From Anaerolineae bacterium (lineage in GTDB: Bacteria; Chloroflexota; Anaerolineae; Epilineales; Epilineaceae), in assembly GCA_029262755.1 (NCBI GenBank), contig JAJCYU010000008.1, positions 114 to 64,113 of the forward strand: a stretch of DNA of 64,000 bases, given 5' to 3'. Made by a program: the position numbers and the translations under genes. Under the pieces are notes generated by a model. It had not been told where the DNA came from. It made no database searches and worked only from the letters and a program-made list of their open reading frames with translations. Below, piece by piece: positions 58,295 through 64,000 of this stretch (the stretch's first letter is position 1; the number at the start of each line of letters is the position of its first letter).

Positions 58295-59182
58295 ATGGAT
58301 CGACGTTGGACGTCCACCCCCTCACCCATTCAGGCCCCCACCGTGCGTGACGCCAGCCGGCGCGCACGGTACTTGGGAGCTGCCTTGTCCGTGCTTGCGT
58401 TCAGCCATCTGGCGGCCTGGAGTTTCGGCTCGTTGCCGCATAGCGCCGCCAACGACGCGGCGCGCATCGAGGCCGCCGCGCGTGGCACCGCCGTGGCGAT
58501 GGTTGCCACAGCCATCGCGCCAGCCGGGCCGTCCGGCGCCATCGCGTCAAACGCCGGTCTCGGCGTCTCGGGCGCGGCTAGCACTTCGTCCCTGCCCACC
58601 ACCATCGACATCGCTTGGCTGCCCGACACGGTGCAGGTGTGGGAGGAGCGGCTCGTTGCGGCCGGCGCGCGTTGGCGTGTCGACCCGGCGTTGCTTGCAA
58701 TCGTGATGCTCGTTGAATCCGGCGGCAATCCGGCCGCACGAAGTCCCGCCGGCGCCGTCGGCCTGATGCAGGTCATGCCGGCGACGGCAGGCGATATCGC
58801 ACGACTGCGCGGCCTCGCTGCGCTCTCCAGTCGGCAGCTTGTCGATCCGGAGACCAATATCGAGTTCGGCGCCTGGTACCTGGCGCGGCAGTTGGCCAGC
58901 TTCGGCTCCGCGGACGATCCCGATTGGCAACGCTCGGTGGAGCTTGCGGCCGTCGCGTACAACGGCGGCCCCGGCAGCGCTGCGTCGTGGCAACGTGGCG
59001 GCTACGTGCCCGCAGAGGCGCGTCGATACCGGGTCTGGGTTGGCGGCATGTGGTCCGAGAGGGCCCTGCCGACGTCCCCGACCTACGCACGCTGGCTCGA
59101 CGCCGGTGGCGCCTACCTTGTCGATCGAGCGCGATCCGTGCTCGACCCGGCGAATGGGGGCACGACGTTGGCGAGCGGGTGA
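58295..59182 (+). CDS. lytic transglycosylase (SLT domain), exported
   Basis: VDPALLAIVMLVESGGNP..SPAGAVGLMQVMPAT, DPETNI.FGAWYL, AYNGG. Start uncertain. Confidence 0.88.
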   Translation: MDRRWTSTPSPIQAPTVRDASRRARYLGAALSVLAFSHLAAWSFGSLPHSAANDAARIEAAARGTAVAMVATAIAPAGPSGAIASNAGLGVSGAASTSSLPTTIDIAWLPDTVQVWEERLVAAGARWRVDPALLAIVMLVESGGNPAARSPAGAVGLMQVMPATAGDIARLRGLAALSSRQLVDPETNIEFGAWYLARQLASFGSADDPDWQRSVELAAVAYNGGPGSAASWQRGGYVPAEARRYRVWVGGMWSERALPTSPTYARWLDAGGAYLVDRARSVLDPANGGTTLASG

Positions 59183-59204
59183 GCGTGCGCGGGTGATCGC
59201 ACAC

Positions 59205-59275
59205 GTCACGTCGATTGCGCGTGACACGTTGATCTTGCGCTTTGCGTCGATTGCACGCTTCACGTCGATTGCGCG
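59205..59275. repeat. degenerate ~18-bp tandem repeats
   Basis: cgtcgattgc core recurring three times plus one degenerate copy. Confidence 0.5.
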
Positions 59276-59534
59276 GCCAACCTGGTCGCCTTCGGCGCGG
59301 CGATCGCCGCAAGCTCGTCAGGCGCTACGGGGGTGAGAGCTGCCTCCGCCGCATCCCCCACCTCCGCGATCGGAGCTGGATCCACCACCGCGCGGGGCGC
59401 GGGCCTTCGGGCTCGCGCCCCGTTTGTTGTTGGGTCGTGCGGGCTAGGCGCATGGACCGGGCACGCGTTCGCGAGGGAGCACGCACGGTCTCACGACTGC
59501 CGGGCAGCCCGCAAGCTGATTCCGCTCCCCCGTC

Positions 59535-62051
59535 CTACTTCGGCCCGTTGGGTCCGTAGCGGTCCAAGAACAACATGCGTGCCGTGAGCGGGATATAGAT
59601 CGATTCCGGCGGCGGTGGGGCGATCGTCGGGATTGCGGTCGGGCGCGTCGGTGCCGGCGTCGGCGTGACGGGCGTTGGGGTGGGGCCGGTTGCGGTCGGG
59701 GTGGGGGTAGGGACCGTCGGCGTGACGCGGGGAGTCGGGCTTGCGGGGGGGAGCAGCGAGGGTAGGAGGTCGCTCCAGCCCCAGGCGATCACGAAGGCGC
59801 CGCCGTCGCGGGTGCCGCGGACGTCGTAGCCGGGCTCGGCGGCAACGAGGTCGGGTGCGCCGTCCGCGTTTAGGTCCGCGATGGCGAGGGCGTCGCCCAG
59901 GCGTAGGTTGGCTTCCAGGCCTTCGCGCAGCGGCCACATCTCCGCGCCGATGGCGTGGGCCCTTCGTAGACGAGGACCCGATGGGGAGCCGGGGACGACG
60001 TAGAGTGCGCCCGCGGCGGGTTGGCGGTCGCGCGACATGTCCGGCGCGCCGACGACGAGCTCGGGGAACGTGTCGCCGTCCAGGTCGCCGGCGGCGAGCG
60101 CGCTGCCGAAGGCCGTGCGAGGACCGGGGGCGTCGGGGAAGGCGGGCAGGTCCTGATGCACGAGCATGGTGCGCGCGTGGTCGATGCCATCTGGGGAGCC
60201 GAAGAGGACGAGCACGTCGCCCGCTTCGCGCGCGCCCGAAACGGACGCGCCGGGCGAGGCGATGACGAGGTCCGCGAAGCGGTCGCGGTCGAAGTCGGTC
60301 GCGAGCAGGCGGCCGCCGAAGTGGCCGTTGCGTTCGGCGGAGCCGGGCAGGTCGTCCACGTCGCGGCTGAGCTCCGTCACGCGATCGACGAGCAAGGTGT
60401 TGGTCACGCCCTCGCCGGCGCTGTAGGCCAGGAGCACGATGCCCGCGCCGCGTGCGCTGCCGGCGATGCCGTCCGGCGCGCCGACGACGAGATCGGCCAG
60501 GCTGTCGCCGTCCACGTCGGCCAGGGCGAGGGTGGTGCCCAGGCCCTCGCTGGCAACCGGGTCGCCGGGGATCGTTTCGGGTTCGCGGTCGAACTGCAGG
60601 GAGCCGACGAGCAACGGGCCGGCATCGAGGCGGCCGGGCAGCACGTAGACGCGGCCCGCACCGTTGCGCCTGGCGACGTTGGCGCCCGGGGCGCCTGCCG
60701 CCAGGTCGTCGATGCCGTCGCCGTTGAAGTCGCCGACCGCGAGGGATGCGCCTAGCCGGTCACCCGGACTGGCCGGGGGGCCGAAGGGGCGAGGCTGTCC
60801 GAGGAGGCCGCCGGCGGCGCCCTCCCACAACCAGAGGCCGCCTGCGTCGTTGCCCGCCCGGTCGGAGCGGGGGGTGCCGATCACGAGGTCGTCGTAGTCG
60901 TCGCCGTTGAAGTCGCCGACGGTCAACACGGCGCCCCATTGCAGATCGACCTCGCTGCCCGGGCTCTGTTGAATGGCGCCGGGGAACGCGCGCCCGCCGC
61001 GTACGACGCTCAGCCAGCCGCCGACCGAGGCCGCCTCGTCGTCTAGGACGGAGGCTACCGCCAGGTCGGGAACGAGGTCGCCGTTGAAGTCGCCCACGGC
61101 CAGCGTCTCGGCGAAGCCCTGCTGGGGCAGCACGGGCCGGCCGACGTCGGTGCGCACGTAGGTGCGCGGGGTCCAGGCGAGGGACCATGCGGCGGCGGGC
61201 CAGCGTGCCACCGCGATCTCGACGGCGTCGAGCAGCGCCGCGTCGTGCAGGGCGCGCTCGTCGGGGACGGCGAAGACCGCAAGCGCAAGGCCCGCCGCCT
61301 GCGCGTCGCGGATCTCGGCGACGTCCTGCTCGGAGTCCAGACGCCCGTCGGCCAGGTCCAGCGCGATGCCCTCAGCGCCGGCCGTGCTCGCCTTGTCCCA
61401 GTCGGAAGGTGTGCGCAGCACGAGCCAGCGATCTGCCGCGGGGAGGCCGGCGGCCAGGGCGGCGAGCGTGCTCAGGTTGGCGGTGGCGAAGCGAACGCGG
61501 TTGCCGGCGCCCGCCGCGGAGACGGCCGCGAGCACGGCGGCCGGGTCGACGCCTTCGCGCAGGTGGAGCGTAAGTGCCAGCGGATCGGCCGGGTCGCCCG
61601 CGGTGGCGGCGAGCGCCTCGGCGAGGCGCGGCACGGTCTCGCCGGCGAAGGCGATGCCGAACCATGCGCCGGCGTCGCAGCGCTCGATCTCGGACATCGG
61701 GCGTTCGATAACGAGGCCCGTGCAATCGGTCGTGCGGTCGAGGGACTCGTCGGCCAGCAGCAGCGGGACGCCGTCCGCGCTGGCGCGCACGTCGAGCCAG
61801 GCGCGGTTGGTTCCCTCGTCGCGCGCGGCGCGTAGGGCGGCTAGCGTGTTTTCCGGCGCTTCGGAGGACAGGCCTCGCCACGCGGACAGGCGCGCGACAT
61901 CCGGATGGTCGCGTGGGCCCGCCGCGACACGGCTGCGCAGCACGGGGGCGAGCATCGCCAGCAGGGCCAGCAGCAGCGCGAAATGAATGGCGCGCAGCGG
62001 CGTACAGCGCGCCGCGGCGAAACGCGGACGGCGCGGGAAGAGGCGGCTCAC
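59535..62051 (-). CDS. exported GDPD-like domain + FG-GAP beta-propeller protein with PT linker and IYIPL tail
   Basis: Signal peptide; AWRG..APENTLAA, LDV..SADG, DESLDRTT, DAGAWF....GE.VP.L; about seven GDFNGDG..DL..GAP repeats. Confidence 0.85.
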   Translation of the reverse strand: MSRLFPRRPRFAAARCTPLRAIHFALLLALLAMLAPVLRSRVAAGPRDHPDVARLSAWRGLSSEAPENTLAALRAARDEGTNRAWLDVRASADGVPLLLADESLDRTTDCTGLVIERPMSEIERCDAGAWFGIAFAGETVPRLAEALAATAGDPADPLALTLHLREGVDPAAVLAAVSAAGAGNRVRFATANLSTLAALAAGLPAADRWLVLRTPSDWDKASTAGAEGIALDLADGRLDSEQDVAEIRDAQAAGLALAVFAVPDERALHDAALLDAVEIAVARWPAAAWSLAWTPRTYVRTDVGRPVLPQQGFAETLAVGDFNGDLVPDLAVASVLDDEAASVGGWLSVVRGGRAFPGAIQQSPGSEVDLQWGAVLTVGDFNGDDYDDLVIGTPRSDRAGNDAGGLWLWEGAAGGLLGQPRPFGPPASPGDRLGASLAVGDFNGDGIDDLAAGAPGANVARRNGAGRVYVLPGRLDAGPLLVGSLQFDREPETIPGDPVASEGLGTTLALADVDGDSLADLVVGAPDGIAGSARGAGIVLLAYSAGEGVTNTLLVDRVTELSRDVDDLPGSAERNGHFGGRLLATDFDRDRFADLVIASPGASVSGAREAGDVLVLFGSPDGIDHARTMLVHQDLPAFPDAPGPRTAFGSALAAGDLDGDTFPELVVGAPDMSRDRQPAAGALYVVPGSPSGPRLRRAHAIGAEMWPLREGLEANLRLGDALAIADLNADGAPDLVAAEPGYDVRGTRDGGAFVIAWGWSDLLPSLLPPASPTPRVTPTVPTPTPTATGPTPTPVTPTPAPTRPTAIPTIAPPPPESIYIPLTARMLFLDRYGPNGPK

Positions 62052-63064
62052 GGGCGATGCGCTCCGTCGGCGGGGGACGAGGGTGGGGGTGTGGAGGTGG
62101 GTGTGGGGGTGGAGGTGGAGGTGGGTGTCGGTGTGGCAGTGGTCGCGGGTGTAGGAGCGGTGGTCGCGGGTGTGGCCGCGATCGTGGGCGTCGTTGTGCC
62201 CTTGGCGGAAGGTGTGACTGGGCTGGTGGTCGTTGGGTTGCCCGGAGTCGAGAATTCGGTTGCTGCTCCTGCTCCAACGCCTACGCCTACGCCTACGCCT
62301 ACTATGCGCGGTCCATGGTCGTCTGGTGGGAGCGGGTCACCGGCGAGCGACGGCGGGTGGTCCAGCACGGGGCCGTCGGCGCATAGCAGGTGGCCGTGGC
62401 CGTCGTGCTCGCAGCTGCCGCAGATGCCGATGCCGCAGCGCATATATGCCTCCCACGATAGCTGGGCGGGGATGCCGGCCGGCGCGCAGGCGGCGGCGAG
62501 GGCGGCCAGCATCGGATGGGGGCCGCAGGCGTAGAGCGTGTCCGGTGGATCCTGGTTGAGCCACGGCGTAACCACGTCCGTGACGCGGCCGCGGGTGCCG
62601 GCGCTGCCGTCGTCGGTGCTGAGATGCAGCTCGGCGCCGGCGGCGCGCGTGGCGTCCACGAGCAGCAGCTCCTCGGCGTTGCGGGCGCCGATCACGCTGC
62701 GCACGCGGTGGCCCTCGGCGCGGAGCCGGCGTGCGAGCAGCAGCATCGGCGCGACGCCGTAGCCGCCGCCGACCAGGACGTGGTCCGTGCCGATAGGGCG
62801 AAACGGGCGGCCGAACGGGCCGCGCCACCAGACGGTGTCGCCCGGTGCGAGGCGGGCGAGGGCGCGCGTGAAGGGGCCGACGGCGGCGATCGTGAAGCGG
62901 AGGGGAGCGTGGTCGAGCAGGCTGAAGGGCTTCTCGTCGAGGCCGGGCAGCCAGAGCATCGCGAACTGTCCGGGAGCCGCCGGCGTGGAGGCGTCGAGCG
63001 TGTAGGTGCGGGTGCGGGCGTTTTCCTGTTCGATAGACAGGATGCGCGCTGGCTGGGGCCTCAT
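62048..63064 (-). CDS. pyrK: dihydroorotate dehydrogenase electron transfer subunit, with Pro/Thr-rich C-terminal extension
   Basis: PGQFAMLW, EKPFS, RGPFG, GGGYGVAP, TDDGS.G, ACGP, MRCGIGICGSC, CADGPV. ATG overlaps pyrD stop. Confidence 0.92.
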   Translation of the reverse strand: MRPQPARILSIEQENARTRTYTLDASTPAAPGQFAMLWLPGLDEKPFSLLDHAPLRFTIAAVGPFTRALARLAPGDTVWWRGPFGRPFRPIGTDHVLVGGGYGVAPMLLLARRLRAEGHRVRSVIGARNAEELLLVDATRAAGAELHLSTDDGSAGTRGRVTDVVTPWLNQDPPDTLYACGPHPMLAALAAACAPAGIPAQLSWEAYMRCGIGICGSCEHDGHGHLLCADGPVLDHPPSLAGDPLPPDDHGPRIVGVGVGVGVGAGAATEFSTPGNPTTTSPVTPSAKGTTTPTIAATPATTAPTPATTATPTPTSTSTPTPTSTPPPSSPADGAHRP

Positions 63065-64000
63065 GCCGCGGGCTCGGGGACGTGGTGCGGCACGGGCGCC
63101 GGCGTGGGCGGCTCGTTCGGCGTCGGGCGGCTGTGGGCGCGGCCGCGGACGGCGTCGAGCGTGAGGTCGTGCTCCAGGAGCCATGCGGCGAGCTGGTCGC
63201 GCACCTGTGCGAACAGGCCCGGTCCCGCGGCGTACACGGCGGAGCCGATGCCCACGGCGGTGGCGCCGGCCGAGAGCAGCTCGAGGGCGTGCGCGGCCGT
63301 GGATACGCCGCCGGTGCCGATGATCGGCACATCGACTGCGGCGCGCACCTGGTAGACGGCGTGCACGGCCACCGGGCGCAGCGCGTCGCCGGAGAGGCCG
63401 CCGCTGCGGTTGTCGAGCACCGGTTGGCCAGAGGTAGGGTCGATGACCATGCCGGGCATCGTGTTGACCGCGCAGATCGCGGCCGCGCCCGCGTCGACGA
63501 CGGCCTGGGCGATGCGGCCGATGTTCGGCACGTTCGGGGCGAGCTTGAGCACGAGCGGCATGTCGACCTCGGCTCGGACAGCGGCGGTCACCGCCGCGGC
63601 CGTCGGGCAACTCGCGGCGAAGGGCTCGCCGTAATCGTCCGCCACATTCGGGCAGCTGATGTTGACCTCGAGCAGGTCGGCGCCGGAAGGCGCGATGAGC
63701 GCTGCCATGCGCCCGAACTCCTCGACGGTGCCCGCGAAGATGCTTGCGATGAGCGGGACGCCGAGCGGTCGTAGCCGCGCTTGCGTCTCGGCCAGGAGTT
63801 CGGCTTCCGCGGCCGCGCCGGGGTTGGCCAGGCCGATCGCGTTGAGCAGGCCGCCCTCGATGGCAAAGCAGGATGGGTTGTTGTGCCCGGTCCGCACCGG
63901 CCCGGCCGACTTGGCCGTGATCGCGCCCGCGCCTGCACGGGCCGTGCGCTCCATGAGGGAGGCGTGCGTGCCGAGGATGCCCGAGGCCAGGACGAGCGGG
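63061..64000 (-). CDS. pyrD: dihydroorotate dehydrogenase, family 1B catalytic subunit (5' partial)
   Basis: LASG, LNAIGLANPG, EVNISCPNV, KLAPN, NT, GGLSG, IIGTGGV; runs off the window end. Confidence 0.95.
   Translation of the reverse strand, partial: PLVLASGILGTHASLMERTARAGAGAITAKSAGPVRTGHNNPSCFAIEGGLLNAIGLANPGAAAEAELLAETQARLRPLGVPLIASIFAGTVEEFGRMAALIAPSGADLLEVNISCPNVADDYGEPFAASCPTAAAVTAAVRAEVDMPLVLKLAPNVPNIGRIAQAVVDAGAAAICAVNTMPGMVIDPTSGQPVLDNRSGGLSGDALRPVAVHAVYQVRAAVDVPIIGTGGVSTAAHALELLSAGATAVGIGSAVYAAGPGLFAQVRDQLAAWLLEHDLTLDAVRGRAHSRPTPNEPPTPAPVPHHVPEPAA

Noticed and set aside
62048..63610. 520-aa version of pyrK
   Set aside because: The upstream part overlaps pyrD out of frame; ATG 63064 gives the usual ATGA coupling.

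Overview
High-GC bacterial window, probably Chloroflexota (inferred from several exported proteins ending in a Pro/Thr linker plus an [IV][YA][LI]P[LI]xxR-type tail). No rRNA, tRNA, CRISPR array or intact mobile element was found. (1) 1-19 kb is a defence-island-like region. It carries the 3' part of an SF2 helicase-DUF1998-endonuclease gene, a RelE-like-UvrD helicase, an EVE-like/PD-(D/E)xK nuclease, a wHTH/PD-(D/E)xK nuclease, a darT-darG pair, a TIR-STAND-TPR NLR-like gene, DUF429, vWA and MazG-like genes, and several decayed genes. darT has a frameshift and a nonsense codon, and the TIR gene is coupled to an internally deleted AAA-DUF4143 gene. (2) 19-48 kb holds mixed accessory and housekeeping genes: mazEF-like TA, an SPFH pair, GrpB, three large exported beta-propeller proteins, a BtuF-like protein, an SDR, YjbR, cohesin-LysM, DUF92, a PRTase and hutU. 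(3) 48.9-57.5 kb is a cobalamin-riboswitch operon. It encodes two surface proteins with a Cys-rich DUF4430-like domain, one fused to two alpha/alpha barrels as in the transcobalamin domain set, and an apparent single-chain S-T-A-A ECF transporter with in-frame tandem-repeat linkers. (4) 57.5-64 kb has a candidate sRNA, a lytic transglycosylase and a pyrD-pyrK operon ending in an exported, probably inactive GDPD-FG-GAP protein. All family calls come from motifs recognised by eye, not from database searches.
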